Assembly: GCA_016187385.1 (NCBI GenBank)
Contig: JACPJU010000001.1
Coordinates: 8,348-72,347 of the forward strand
Direction of reading: 5' to 3'
Length of the DNA stretch: 64,000 nucleotides
DNA from: Candidatus Aenigmatarchaeota archaeon
Lineage (GTDB): Archaea; Aenigmatarchaeota; Aenigmatarchaeia; CG10238-14; SCSR01
In this document: positions 44,455 to 54,209 of the stretch, one piece after another
Layout of the letters: every line of letters begins with the position of its first letter
Numbering within the stretch: the first letter of the stretch is position 1
The notes under the pieces: model-generated
What the model was told of the DNA's origin: nothing
The model's database searches: none
What the model saw: the letters and a program-made list of their open reading frames with translations, nothing else
Translations under genes and position numbers: made by a program

Positions 44455-45912
44455 TTACTTCTTCACCATACCTTTGACAACCTTCATGACATCCTGGGCG
44501 TCTATCCTTCCGCGAACCTTGCTCATGACAATGCCGTAAACCTTCTCGAAAGGCATGTTAGCGGATTTGTCCAGAACCTCTTTTGTGATGTCCTTAACCT
44601 CACCGGCAGTCGCAGGTTTCAGATTTAATTCCTTCAACGCCTCTTCAACGCCATCCTGCGGATAAGTCGCAAGATACTTCACTATCTGTGGTATAGCTTC
44701 CTTAACAAATTTCTTCTTGTCCAGAGCATCGAAAAGTTCCATAAATCTGTTCTCGGGTATCCTTTCAATCTCGACCTTCTCTCTTCTCTGCAGGTCTTTC
44801 AATATTGAAACAAAAGTATTAGCGACAATCGTGGGATCGACCTTCGTCTTGTCGACAATTTCCTCGAACAGATCCAGATATTCTGAATTCAGAATTTCCG
44901 TAGCCAAGCCTTCAGGCAGTTTCATCTTTACCTTGAACCTTTCCACTTTCCTTGTCCACGGCTCTGGCAGGTCTCTTCTTATCTTGTCCGTATATTCATT
45001 GGAGATTGATATCGGGAGCAAATCAGTTTCAGGATACATCCTTTCGGCGCCAGGCAATGGTCTCAGGAATTTTGTTGTCCCGTCCGGATTGAATGCGCGC
45101 GTTTCTTCCTTCACCTTTTCAGACAACTGCCTTCTGACTTCCAGTTCGATAACCTTCGACAATATTCCAAGTTCTTGTATGCCTTTGATTTCAATCCTCG
45201 GACCGTTCTTGATGCTTACGTTCATGTCCTGCCTTATGGAGCCTATGCCGTGCTTTGTCTTTCCTGTCGACCTTGTCATCACGCCGATGAGATAAGCTAT
45301 CTCCTGTATCTGTGCTGGCGTGTAACCTTCCAGTACACCAGTTCCAATTTCAACGAGAGGTATTCCCAATCGATTGAGACGATAAGTGACATTTCCGTTT
45401 TCATCGCCGACAATTGCAGCAGCATCCTCTTCCACGCTGACCTGCGCTATCGGAATCTTCTTTCCTTTGTAGACAACATGACCGTTCAATCCGATGATTG
45501 CAGTCCTCTGGAATCCTGACGTGTTGCTGCCATCGATAACAACTTTTCTCATTATCTGGATTTCATTCGGAATTTCGCAATTCAACAGCAAAGAGATTTG
45601 CAACGCAAGATCAAATGCTTCTGGATTTATTTTGTGTGGTGGCTCTTCGTCTAATTCGACAAGGCATGACTCATTATTGAAAACTTGGTAAATGAACGCC
45701 CTATCCCTCAGGTATTCGAATTCTGCTGCCGCGTCAATCCCGCCCATTTCGCTTGCGACTGGATGAAGCTTGCGGCTCACAGTGTTTGTGGGTGTTTTCT
45801 CTTTCATTGATGTCGAACAATTACAGAACAATTTGTGTTGTGTATCTAGCTGCACATGAAGTTCCAATCCGATCTTCAGTCTCAAGTTTTTGTAATTAAG
45901 AGCCTTTTCCAT
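44455..45912 (-). CDS. gatE: Glutamyl-tRNA(Gln) amidotransferase subunit E
   Basis: LRLKIGLELHVQLDTQHKLFCNC (GatB/E N-terminal signature) and C-terminal GatB/YqeY-like helical domain. Paired with the asparaginase-like GatD, hence GatE rather than GatB. Start set to the internal Met MEKALNYKNL so that it abuts gatD. The annotated ORF extends to 46008. Confidence 0.8.
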   Translation of the reverse strand: MEKALNYKNLRLKIGLELHVQLDTQHKLFCNCSTSMKEKTPTNTVSRKLHPVASEMGGIDAAAEFEYLRDRAFIYQVFNNESCLVELDEEPPHKINPEAFDLALQISLLLNCEIPNEIQIMRKVVIDGSNTSGFQRTAIIGLNGHVVYKGKKIPIAQVSVEEDAAAIVGDENGNVTYRLNRLGIPLVEIGTGVLEGYTPAQIQEIAYLIGVMTRSTGKTKHGIGSIRQDMNVSIKNGPRIEIKGIQELGILSKVIELEVRRQLSEKVKEETRAFNPDGTTKFLRPLPGAERMYPETDLLPISISNEYTDKIRRDLPEPWTRKVERFKVKMKLPEGLATEILNSEYLDLFEEIVDKTKVDPTIVANTFVSILKDLQRREKVEIERIPENRFMELFDALDKKKFVKEAIPQIVKYLATYPQDGVEEALKELNLKPATAGEVKDITKEVLDKSANMPFEKVYGIVMSKVRGRIDAQDVMKVVKGMVKK

Positions 45913-47273
45913 TATCCCACCGAAGTTCTTTCGCTTATTTCGCCTGCATAGCTCGTTGTCATCATTTCTTTGATCTTGTTCATGTCTTTCGTGTGGCCAA
46001 GAACCCACATCAATTTCACAAGCGCAGTCTCAGGTGTCCAGTCTGCATAATTGCCAATAACTCCTGTAGCATTCAGCATCCTTCCAGCTTCGTAGATGTT
46101 CAAATCGAGCCTTCCATGGATTGTTTGAGGAGCTATGACAACAGGAATCCCGGAATCTATCAGATTTTTGATGTTCGGTATGATGCTTTGTGCGAATTTG
46201 TCGCCTGTCGGATTTGCGGGCACGTTTCCTATTCCGGTAACAGCAAGAACAACACCGTCAAAACTGCTCAAGGAATTAATGAACTCCGGCTTGATGCCAG
46301 GATATATATAAACCAATGTCACATTCGAATTCATTTGGTCGTCCAACTTTACTTTTTTCTTGTCCTCTCTTTTCTTGTAGTCGGTCCTCATATATTCAAT
46401 CTTTTTATCAGGATATGTTATCTTTGCCAGAGGCCGGACATTTATGCTCCTGAAGGCGTCCCTTCGTGAGGTGTGCAGTTTCCTTACCTTTGTTCCATGG
46501 TGGACATAACAAAAATCATCTGTCGTGTTGCCGTGCATGACCACAACCACTTCAGCTATGTCTGACTCTGCCGCAACCGTGGCTCCGCAGACAAGATTCA
46601 CAAGATTATCACTGCTTCCCCTGTCGCTGCTTCTCTGGGCACCGACCAGAACAACTGGGACTGACAGGTCTCGGAGCATGAAGCTCAGTGCAGCTGCCGT
46701 GAAGTGCATCGTATCTGTACCATGCATGATAACAACGCCCTTGGATCCAGACTCGATTTCTTTCACGACTTCTTTCGCTATTATCTTCCAGTGCTCAGGA
46801 GTCATGTCTTCTGATAAAAGGTCAAACAGCTTCCTGCTTTTGATGTTCGCGACATCTTTCAACTCAGGAAAGGACAAAAGAAGGTCTGCGGGAGAAAATG
46901 CGGGAAAAACAGCTCCTGTTTTGTATTCCACCCTGGATGCAATAGTACCGCCAGCACCTAAAATGGAGATAGTCGGCTTTGAAGGGTCTTTCCTGACAGT
47001 TATTGTCGACGGCTTGAACTTGATCGGCTTGCCTCTCTCCAAGAGCTTGATTTTTACATCCTTGTCGTATTTTACCCCTATGTTGTAGCCGTTTGGGAGC
47101 TTTATCGTCAAGGAGGAAGGATCGCCCAGCCCTATCCTAGGCATAAGTATACCCGCATACTGGATTTTACCATTAATTACAGAAATTTTATCTCCAATCT
47201 TTATCTTTTTGCTTTTCAGCAACGATTCGATTTCTTGAGAATACAAGGTTTTCCCAATATAATTATGTTTCAA
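45912..47273 (-). CDS. gatD: Glutamyl-tRNA(Gln) amidotransferase subunit D (asparaginase-like)
   Basis: ILGAGGTIAS (GGTIA asparaginase motif 1) and HGTDTM (motif 2). N-terminal GatD-specific domain. Confidence 0.85.
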   Translation of the reverse strand: MKHNYIGKTLYSQEIESLLKSKKIKIGDKISVINGKIQYAGILMPRIGLGDPSSLTIKLPNGYNIGVKYDKDVKIKLLERGKPIKFKPSTITVRKDPSKPTISILGAGGTIASRVEYKTGAVFPAFSPADLLLSFPELKDVANIKSRKLFDLLSEDMTPEHWKIIAKEVVKEIESGSKGVVIMHGTDTMHFTAAALSFMLRDLSVPVVLVGAQRSSDRGSSDNLVNLVCGATVAAESDIAEVVVVMHGNTTDDFCYVHHGTKVRKLHTSRRDAFRSINVRPLAKITYPDKKIEYMRTDYKKREDKKKVKLDDQMNSNVTLVYIYPGIKPEFINSLSSFDGVVLAVTGIGNVPANPTGDKFAQSIIPNIKNLIDSGIPVVIAPQTIHGRLDLNIYEAGRMLNATGVIGNYADWTPETALVKLMWVLGHTKDMNKIKEMMTTSYAGEISERTSVG

Positions 47274-47333
47274 AGATATAAAATAGTAGGATTTTAAGAC
47301 ATATTTTGAAGTAAATAGACTCTAAATTGCTTT

Positions 47334-47573
47334 TCACCTTCTGATTTTTTCTATAATTGCGTTTATCTCATCTCCAGTAGGTTCTGGTCCGTACCTGCGT
47401 GATGAAATAACAAACACATTGTGTCTATCGCGTCTGCGACCTCTCAAATTGCTTATGAGTGATTCCGCAGGACCTGTAAAATAGATATTTTTTCCACTGT
47501 CTTCTATACGACCCGAGTATCCTTTTTCATTTCTGCTTATATAAGCAACAAGAATATGCTCGTTTCTTTGCAT
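47334..47573 (-). CDS. Hypothetical protein
   Basis: 79-aa ORF. Confidence 0.35.
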   Translation of the reverse strand: MQRNEHILVAYISRNEKGYSGRIEDSGKNIYFTGPAESLISNLRGRRRDRHNVFVISSRRYGPEPTGDEINAIIEKIRR

Positions 47574-47580
47574 ATTATCA

Positions 47581-47694
47581 TTATCGTGCTTTCGAGCGTC
47601 TCCACCATTTGTGAAGGTTTTGCTTTTCCAGAATCATTCTGAATTTTTTCATGCCCTGCCTTACTCCGCGGAATCTTTTCTTGATGGTTACCAT
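47581..47694 (-). CDS. Possible 37-aa highly basic small protein (MVTIKKRFRGVRQGMKKFRMILEKQNLHKWWRRSKAR), small-ribosomal-protein-like composition
   Basis: Translated by hand from the reverse strand. Lys/Arg make up about 38 percent. Immediately upstream of the 79-aa gene on the same strand. Weak resemblance to the C-terminus of eL39 (..RRxWRRxKL). Confidence 0.2.
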   Translation of the reverse strand: MVTIKKRFRGVRQGMKKFRMILEKQNLHKWWRRSKAR

Positions 47695-47754
47695 GATAAT
47701 AATTTGATTTTATATAATTTCTTGTTATTGGTGCTCATATGAACATAATGCGGT

Positions 47755-48339
47755 TTAATCGATTTTCAACTCACTTAAAAATATTTTCAGGGATTCCAGC
47801 TCAATACCTTTCAGTATGTCAAGCAGTGAATCGATAATCGGTTTGAAGTTTTTATTTCCAAGAGAATATTCTTCCAAGCTGTAAACCAATGCTTCGAGTT
47901 TGTCGGCGGCATTGACGATTTTTCCCTCGATGGTGCTGTCTTTTGCGTCTTTCCAGATATTTAGATATGAATCGGAAAATTCCGGCATATCCTTCAAAAG
48001 CTCTTTGCAGAATTCCAAGCTCATCGCCTTCATTTTTTCCGAAAATCCCGGCTCGCTGTATTTGAAACTATAGATCACATCCCCTGTTAGAGCTTCCTCT
48101 ATGTCATGCATAATTGCCCGGCGCAGAACCTTTTCTACATCAACTTTGTTTCCCGATTTAATTTCCATATCCGCAAGAATCATTGCGTAGAAAGCCGCAT
48201 GAAAGCTGTGCTCGGCGACATTTTCGTCCTTCAATCGCCTCAATGTGCTGAAGCGGACTACCTTGTCGAGATTTCTCAAGTTGGACAGAAATTTTTTGAT
48301 GTTTGGTGATTCAGTTGTCATAAAATCAATTGCCTTCAA
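47755..48339 (-). CDS. HD-domain phosphohydrolase (YfbR-like 5'-nucleotidase family)
   Basis: ENVAEHSFHAA (H...H of HD motif I), IMHDIEE (HD dyad), later D residue. 194 aa. Confidence 0.7.
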   Translation of the reverse strand: MKAIDFMTTESPNIKKFLSNLRNLDKVVRFSTLRRLKDENVAEHSFHAAFYAMILADMEIKSGNKVDVEKVLRRAIMHDIEEALTGDVIYSFKYSEPGFSEKMKAMSLEFCKELLKDMPEFSDSYLNIWKDAKDSTIEGKIVNAADKLEALVYSLEEYSLGNKNFKPIIDSLLDILKGIELESLKIFLSELKID

Positions 48340-48345
48340 ACAAAT

Positions 48346-48615
48346 TTAAAAGGAGTTTTCACTTTCTACAAAAATCATTCTCAGCCTACTCATCAGTACC
48401 CATGTTTTAGTGACATTTTCAAAATCATCATACTCGATACAACTTCCGTCAGGTAAGTGATATGTAATTTGTTGTCTGGTTGACTCTCCCTGAAAACCCA
48501 AGAATTCTTCTTCATCTTCGAGTGGATTGACATTCAAATAAACAGCATTTGTCGGAATGTTAAGTGTGATTCGTGGGCCCCTTCGTTCAATCTTAGGTAG
48601 GTTTACCTTTTGCCC
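48346..48615 (-). CDS. Hypothetical protein (start trimmed to avoid overlap with pyrG)
   Basis: ORF 48346..48750. Its upstream part overlaps the pyrG 3' end in another frame, so an internal Met (MGQKVNL...) is the more plausible start. Confidence 0.3.
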   Translation of the reverse strand, partial: GQKVNLPKIERRGPRITLNIPTNAVYLNVNPLEDEEEFLGFQGESTRQQITYHLPDGSCIEYDDFENVTKTWVLMSRLRMIFVESENSF

Positions 48616-48649
48616 CATGTACACCTCCGGTATTGAAAAATCGAATGTG

Positions 48650-50365
48650 TCATGATACATAATTATTGACCATGACGTGAACAAATCCCATAAACAATGG
48701 GTTGGGTTCCAATGGGCGAGATGTAAATTCAGCGTGGGCTTGTGTGGCAATAAAAAATTTATGATTTGGTAATTCTATAAACTCAACCAAATTTCTTTCT
48801 TCATAAACACCCGATAATGACATGCCATTTTCTTCAAGCGTCTTATGAAATTCAGGGTTCAATTCCCATCTGTGACGATGTCTTTCAATAACAACATCCT
48901 TGTTGTATAAATTTCTGACTAGAGAACCTTCTTTTAATTTTGCAGGATAGCCGCCAAGCCTCATTGTTCCCCCCATCTCGGAATTTTTTAGCTTATCCTT
49001 CTGTTCTGGTATAATGTCGATGACAGGGCAATCTGTACTGGGATTGACTTCTGTTGTGTGCGCTGTTTTCAGTCCGCAAACATTTCTCGCAAATTCCACT
49101 ACAGCCAACTGCATGCCGTAACACAAACCAAGATAAGGAACGTTTCTCTCTCTTGCATATTTTATAGCGGCTATCTTGCCTTCAATGCCTCTCTTGCCAA
49201 ATCCGCCAGGAACTATCACGCCATCAACGTTCAACAGCGATTCCTCCACAGTTATTTTTCCATCTTCTATGTCAGTAGCTTCTATCCATTTTATTCTGAC
49301 ATTGACACCGAAATACGGTGCCGAATGTTCGAGCGCTTTTACAATGCTCAGATACGAGTCATGGACGTTTGTATATTTGCCTACTATGCCGACGACAATA
49401 TCCCTGTTTCTACCTTTTATTTTGTCGACAAAACCTTTCCAGTTTTCAAAATTCAGAACAGTATTGCCATTTCCTTTTGGAGAAATATTCAAAATTGATA
49501 ATATCTCATTGTCCAATCCCAAATCACGAAGAATGAGCGGTATACCATAAACATTGGAAAAATTGTACAGATTGTATACACGATCCAAATCTACATTACC
49601 AAAGATGCTGATCTTTTCCTTAATCGAATATGGTATTGGTGTCTGGGACCTGCATATCATGACATCAGGTTGTATGCCTAGTGCCATTAACTGCCTGAGT
49701 CCTATCTGTGCCGCCTTGCTTTTGTATTCGTGGAGTGAATCCGGTTCGATTATATAAGTGACATTTATGAACATTACATTTTCTTTCCCTTCTTCATATC
49801 GCAATTCACGCATGGCTTCTACGAAATATGAATTTTCAAGATCTCCTACAGTCCCGCCCACTTCTACCAGAATTATATCAGCGTTTGTTTTTACAGCCAG
49901 TTCTCTTAAGAAATTTTTAATCTCGCCTGTTACGTGCGGGATGAACTGGACATCGCGACCAAGGTATTTTCCTGTCCTTTCTTTGTCGAAAATCATCTTG
50001 AATATCTTCCCAGCAGTAAGATAGTTGTCTTTTGTCAGGTTCGCATGCAATGCCCTTTCGTAAGAACCTAAATCTAGATCGCATTCTGTCCCGTCTTCTA
50101 AAACAAAGACTTCACCGTGGCGGTAGGGATTCAATGTGCCAGCATCGTAATTCAGATAACCGTCAAATTTCACAGGAGATACTTTAAGCCCGTGACAGCT
50201 CAATAATGTCGCTAATGCACCTGAGAATGTTCCCTTGCCGACGCCAGACATGACGCTGCCTGTCACGACAATGAATTTAGCCTTTCCAGGTCGGTACCCG
50301 TCAGGAACAGATGAATAAGTCTCGTGTTCGATTGTACTTTCAGCTAATGTGTTTTCGAGCGACAC
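48650..50365 (-). CDS. pyrG: CTP synthase
   Basis: 571 aa. KFIVVTGSVMSGVGKG (P-loop region of the synthetase domain). C-terminal class-I glutamine amidotransferase domain (GLCYGMQ, HRHRWE). Confidence 0.9.
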   Translation of the reverse strand: MSLENTLAESTIEHETYSSVPDGYRPGKAKFIVVTGSVMSGVGKGTFSGALATLLSCHGLKVSPVKFDGYLNYDAGTLNPYRHGEVFVLEDGTECDLDLGSYERALHANLTKDNYLTAGKIFKMIFDKERTGKYLGRDVQFIPHVTGEIKNFLRELAVKTNADIILVEVGGTVGDLENSYFVEAMRELRYEEGKENVMFINVTYIIEPDSLHEYKSKAAQIGLRQLMALGIQPDVMICRSQTPIPYSIKEKISIFGNVDLDRVYNLYNFSNVYGIPLILRDLGLDNEILSILNISPKGNGNTVLNFENWKGFVDKIKGRNRDIVVGIVGKYTNVHDSYLSIVKALEHSAPYFGVNVRIKWIEATDIEDGKITVEESLLNVDGVIVPGGFGKRGIEGKIAAIKYARERNVPYLGLCYGMQLAVVEFARNVCGLKTAHTTEVNPSTDCPVIDIIPEQKDKLKNSEMGGTMRLGGYPAKLKEGSLVRNLYNKDVVIERHRHRWELNPEFHKTLEENGMSLSGVYEERNLVEFIELPNHKFFIATQAHAEFTSRPLEPNPLFMGFVHVMVNNYVS

Positions 50366-50432
50366 AACAAAGTAGACTTCTGAAATTTATAAGCTTTTAT
50401 CCTGTCTACTACAATTTAGATTTTGTTGGAAG

Positions 50433-51125
50433 ATGCTAGAAGATATTGTTCTTTGGCGACCTTTGTATTATGTAAGCATTGCCATGTACATTTCAGCTTT
50501 AATTTTGCTTCCTTTCAGCTTCACGTGGTCTATAATAACGATTTTCGCTCTTATTTCACTTTGGAGCAGAATACCAGGATCTATTTTATACATTTTTCGT
50601 CAATTGGCATTGAACGATTTTTTCACTTTTATTGTTGCTGTTAATATAGGAGGGTTTGTTGGTGGTTTATTTGGAGTGTTTTCTTTTTTATTTTCACGGA
50701 TATTCTTACATGACGAAGAATTTTTAACTGATATATACGAATCAATAGCGATTTTTTCGGGTGCCCTACTTGTACCATTGATAGTTGATTACGTGGGTAG
50801 TGTTAATATTACATCATTTCTCATTTACGAAGGAATTCTTTATTTTATTTACTATTCGATTGTTTTGCTATTTCATAGGGACTGGATAAGTGAAGAGTTG
50901 GTTGAACTTCCTTTCGGTATTTTCTTCGACTTCTTTATGAATGGGTTTTTTATTGTAGCATTCGGGAGCATACTATCTGATTTGATGTCGAAAGGAATAA
51001 CTTCCGGTTGGCCATTATTTATTTTTACTAGTATTATCTTGTTTTTTATTGTTTTAGCTAAAATTGAAAAGTTATTAGCAAAAATTCCTTTCTTCAAAAG
51101 TTTTAAAAGAAAATCGGAAGAATAG
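50433..51125 (+). CDS. Hypothetical polytopic membrane protein
   Basis: 230 aa, 6-7 TM helices. Confidence 0.4.
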   Translation: MLEDIVLWRPLYYVSIAMYISALILLPFSFTWSIITIFALISLWSRIPGSILYIFRQLALNDFFTFIVAVNIGGFVGGLFGVFSFLFSRIFLHDEEFLTDIYESIAIFSGALLVPLIVDYVGSVNITSFLIYEGILYFIYYSIVLLFHRDWISEELVELPFGIFFDFFMNGFFIVAFGSILSDLMSKGITSGWPLFIFTSIILFFIVLAKIEKLLAKIPFFKSFKRKSEE

Positions 51126-51140
51126 AAATAGTTTTGTGTT

Positions 51141-52283
51141 TTATCGTCCGAAAACTATCGAAACAACATCCTTATTTTTCAGCTTATGGTCTGATGATAA
51201 TCTCAACTTTGTCCTCGCATCTATTCCTGTTATGAATTTTTCTCCGAGTTCTGTGTGAACCTTGAACGCGAACTCTTTCGTAGTGGTTCCTTCTGGAACA
51301 AGAAATACATCTGGGAGAATATTCTTGTCCTTATCAACCAGTTTGTTGGCGTCAGTTACAGGATAAACTGCAATGTAATTCAAAATTTCAAACACAGATG
51401 TATTCAAGCATTTCTGAACACCTGTAGAACCATATCTGTCAATAACTTCCCTTTTAATAAACTCAAATGCCTTCTGCTGTGGGGTATCCAAATTTCCAAT
51501 CACTTCAAAACCATTACCTGTATGGTAATCCACCAGTTTCCTTTCTTCCGCTTTCTTCAACGCAATCTCAGATTCAGCACTTACTGGAATCACTGTATAA
51601 TCATTCTTCAATCTCTCGAAGTTTTTTCGTGCTGGAGGCAAGTCGATCTTGTTGGCTGCGATTATTATTGGTTTGGACAATTCCCTTAAGATTTTAGAAA
51701 AACTTTTCACGTCATCAATAGAGGATTTTTCAAGAGCATCTGACAGGTTTTGTTTTGTAACCTCCAATCCGCTCAATTTCTCATGCAGAAGATTAATAAG
51801 GTCAGCTTTGGAAGAAGGTAGCTTGAGTTTTTCTATGTTTCTTTTTATAACATCTTCGAACCAAGAGTTGATTTCATCTTCTAGAAATTCTATTTCTTTT
51901 TGCGGGTCAAATCCTTCTGTAGGCTTTCCTTCTTCGTCTGTCAGTCCAGAAGCATCGACAATCTGAACTAAAATCGAGGCTTGTCTTATTTCATCAAGAA
52001 ATTTATTTCCGATACCTCGACCTTCGTGCGACCCGGGGATTAATCCGCCTACATCGACCAGTTTAACAGGGACGAATCTTTTGCCGTCTTTACAGTGTCC
52101 GTGCTTAGGCTTACATTGAATATTAAACTCTCTACAAACACAATCGATTGTCACATGAGCCATGCCGGCATTTGGCTCTATTGTCGTGAATGGTATCGGA
52201 GATGTTTTGACGTCTATCATCGTAGCTGCTTTGAAGAAGGAACTTTTTCCCGATGAAGGCTTGCCCACCAATCCTATTATCAT
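51141..52283 (-). CDS. ychF: YchF/OLA1-type Obg-family GTPase/ATPase with C-terminal TGS domain
   Basis: MIIGLVGKPSSGKSSFFKA (P-loop, YchF-like). NKID (AANKIDL) G4 motif. C-terminal TGS region (KDVVSIVFGR). Start set at the internal Met. The ORF extends to 52376. Confidence 0.7.
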   Translation of the reverse strand: MIIGLVGKPSSGKSSFFKAATMIDVKTSPIPFTTIEPNAGMAHVTIDCVCREFNIQCKPKHGHCKDGKRFVPVKLVDVGGLIPGSHEGRGIGNKFLDEIRQASILVQIVDASGLTDEEGKPTEGFDPQKEIEFLEDEINSWFEDVIKRNIEKLKLPSSKADLINLLHEKLSGLEVTKQNLSDALEKSSIDDVKSFSKILRELSKPIIIAANKIDLPPARKNFERLKNDYTVIPVSAESEIALKKAEERKLVDYHTGNGFEVIGNLDTPQQKAFEFIKREVIDRYGSTGVQKCLNTSVFEILNYIAVYPVTDANKLVDKDKNILPDVFLVPEGTTTKEFAFKVHTELGEKFITGIDARTKLRLSSDHKLKNKDVVSIVFGR

Positions 52284-52335
52284 ATGAATAAACTGTTTGA
52301 GAAAAGAATTAAAAGCGTTAGTCACAATTAGATTT

Positions 52336-53064
52336 ATGCCTGCCATAGAAATCAGAAAAATTTCCAAGAAATTCAAAGTTTACGGAAATGAATTTTACGC
52401 TCTAAAAGACGTATCTATTGACATAAAAGAAGGTGAGATATTTTCTCTTATAGGTCCAAATGGCAGCGGCAAGACAACTTTGATTAACATAATTTTAGGA
52501 TTATTGATTCCCGACACAGGGTATGTGAAAATTCTAGGTAAACGTGTTGAAGATGAGAGTTCTCTGGAAAAAATGAACTTTGTGTCACCCGAAGAAAGAT
52601 TTCACTGGGTTCTGTCAGCTAACGATACATTAAATATTATGGGCAAAATTTACGGTTTGGACAGAGCTACAAGAAAGAAAAGAATCACTGGATTAGTTGA
52701 ATTATTCGGTTTGGGTAATGTTCTAAATAGGCGTTTTGATGGTCTATCAACAGGAGAAAAGATGAGACTTGCTTTGGCGAAGGCACTACTAAACGAACCC
52801 CAGATTCTTCTGTTAGATGAACCCACACTTGGATTAGATCCAGACATATCGATTAAAATCAGGGAGGAAATTAAAAGAATAAACAAATCTTATGGAACAA
52901 CTATTTTACTCACATCACATTATATGAAAGAAGTAGAGCAATTAGCAGACAGGGTTGCATTTATCAAAAATGGCAAAATAGTGCAAGTAGGTAAGACAAA
53001 CATGATTAGAAAAAAAGGTCAAAGCTTGGAGGAGTATTTTGTAGAAAAGGTTGAAGAGGGATGA
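52336..53064 (+). CDS. ABC transporter ATP-binding protein
   Basis: Walker A GPNGSGKTT. ABC signature LSTGEKMRL. Walker B ILLLDEP. H-loop. Start at an internal Met of ORF 52297. Confidence 0.8.
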   Translation: MPAIEIRKISKKFKVYGNEFYALKDVSIDIKEGEIFSLIGPNGSGKTTLINIILGLLIPDTGYVKILGKRVEDESSLEKMNFVSPEERFHWVLSANDTLNIMGKIYGLDRATRKKRITGLVELFGLGNVLNRRFDGLSTGEKMRLALAKALLNEPQILLLDEPTLGLDPDISIKIREEIKRINKSYGTTILLTSHYMKEVEQLADRVAFIKNGKIVQVGKTNMIRKKGQSLEEYFVEKVEEG

Positions 53065-53843
53065 AACTAAATAGAATTCTTGCACTGATGTATATGGATT
53101 TTTTAATTTTCTTTAGAGTGAAATGGAAATTAGCAGAAATATTTTTCTTCCCGATAATTACGGTGCTTATCTGGGGTTTGTTCTCTGTATTCATGCAGAG
53201 GTTTGCTGTTGAAGCTGGTCTTATCGTAGTTATAATGAATCTGTTTTGGAGTTTTGCACATGTATCACAGACATCAACTAACATTGCTATGCTTGAGGAT
53301 GTATGGTCAGGAAGTTTTAAACAGCTTTTTGTGTCTGGTATCACTAAGTCAGAATATATAATAGCAAGATTGATATTCTCGTCCTTTGTCGCCATTCTGA
53401 TACTCTCGATAATATCTATAATGGCATACTATATATTCAACATAACATTACTAGCAGAGAATTTCTTTACGTTTTTAGAATTGATTTCGATAACATTGAT
53501 AGCGTCTATGGCTCTGTCGGTTATTATCGCGTCGCTTATTATTAGTTGGGGTAAAGAATATGGTTTTCTTGCATGGACTATATTACAAATTTTTATTTTG
53601 TTGTCGGCGCCTTTCTATACTGTAGATGTGCTCCCACAGACGATACAATATATTTCATATGTTATGCCATATACAAATGTTTTTGAAACAACTAGGAACT
53701 TGATAACAACGGGCTTTGTGGATTCTACCGTGATTTTGAAAGGGTTCATTATAGCTGTTTTATATCTTTTTCTTTCATTTCCGCTGTATAATTTTGCATT
53801 CAACAGAGCAAGAAAAAACGGAGTTCTTGTGAGATTGAATTAG
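53061..53843 (+). CDS. ABC-2 type transporter permease
   Basis: 260 aa, 6 TM helices. Start overlaps the ATPase stop. Confidence 0.7.
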   Translation: MKLNRILALMYMDFLIFFRVKWKLAEIFFFPIITVLIWGLFSVFMQRFAVEAGLIVVIMNLFWSFAHVSQTSTNIAMLEDVWSGSFKQLFVSGITKSEYIIARLIFSSFVAILILSIISIMAYYIFNITLLAENFFTFLELISITLIASMALSVIIASLIISWGKEYGFLAWTILQIFILLSAPFYTVDVLPQTIQYISYVMPYTNVFETTRNLITTGFVDSTVILKGFIIAVLYLFLSFPLYNFAFNRARKNGVLVRLN

Positions 53844-54205
53844 CTCTTTGCTATTATGTAAATCTCTTTTACCATCTTCTCTATATTTTGTATCCTTTGG
53901 TTCAGGATATCGTGACCTATCTTCAGGTTATCCATCTGTGTAATCAACAAATCTATCTTGGCCTTCAGACTTTCAGCAGAAACTGTTTCATTAGTAAGAT
54001 TCATTTTAGGTTTTTCCATCTCATATGAATAAGATTGTACAGGCGGACTTTCTGTCGGCGCATCGAATCTGGGATTTTCAGTGAATCTTGATTGGGGGCT
54101 GTCCGCATAAGGCGACCTCCTTTCAGAAAACGGCGGTAGATTGTCAGTAACTTCCTGTGCTTCCTTTTTTCCTGGAATTAGATTTTTGATAAATCCGAAT
54201 ACCAC
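53840..54205 (-). CDS. Hypothetical protein, Pro-rich N-terminus and C-terminal coiled coil
   Basis: 121 aa. C-terminus LKAKIDLLITQMDNLKIGHDILNQRIQNIEKMVKEI is heptad-like. Confidence 0.35.
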   Translation of the reverse strand: MVFGFIKNLIPGKKEAQEVTDNLPPFSERRSPYADSPQSRFTENPRFDAPTESPPVQSYSYEMEKPKMNLTNETVSAESLKAKIDLLITQMDNLKIGHDILNQRIQNIEKMVKEIYIIAKS

Positions 54206-54209
54206 AATA

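Noticed and set aside
44455-46008. Calling this gene gatB
   Set aside because: The N-terminal LKIGLELH...FC.C signature is shared by GatB and GatE. The adjacent gene is clearly asparaginase-like GatD, so GatE is the consistent call. The first 32 codons of the ORF overlap gatD and are probably not translated.
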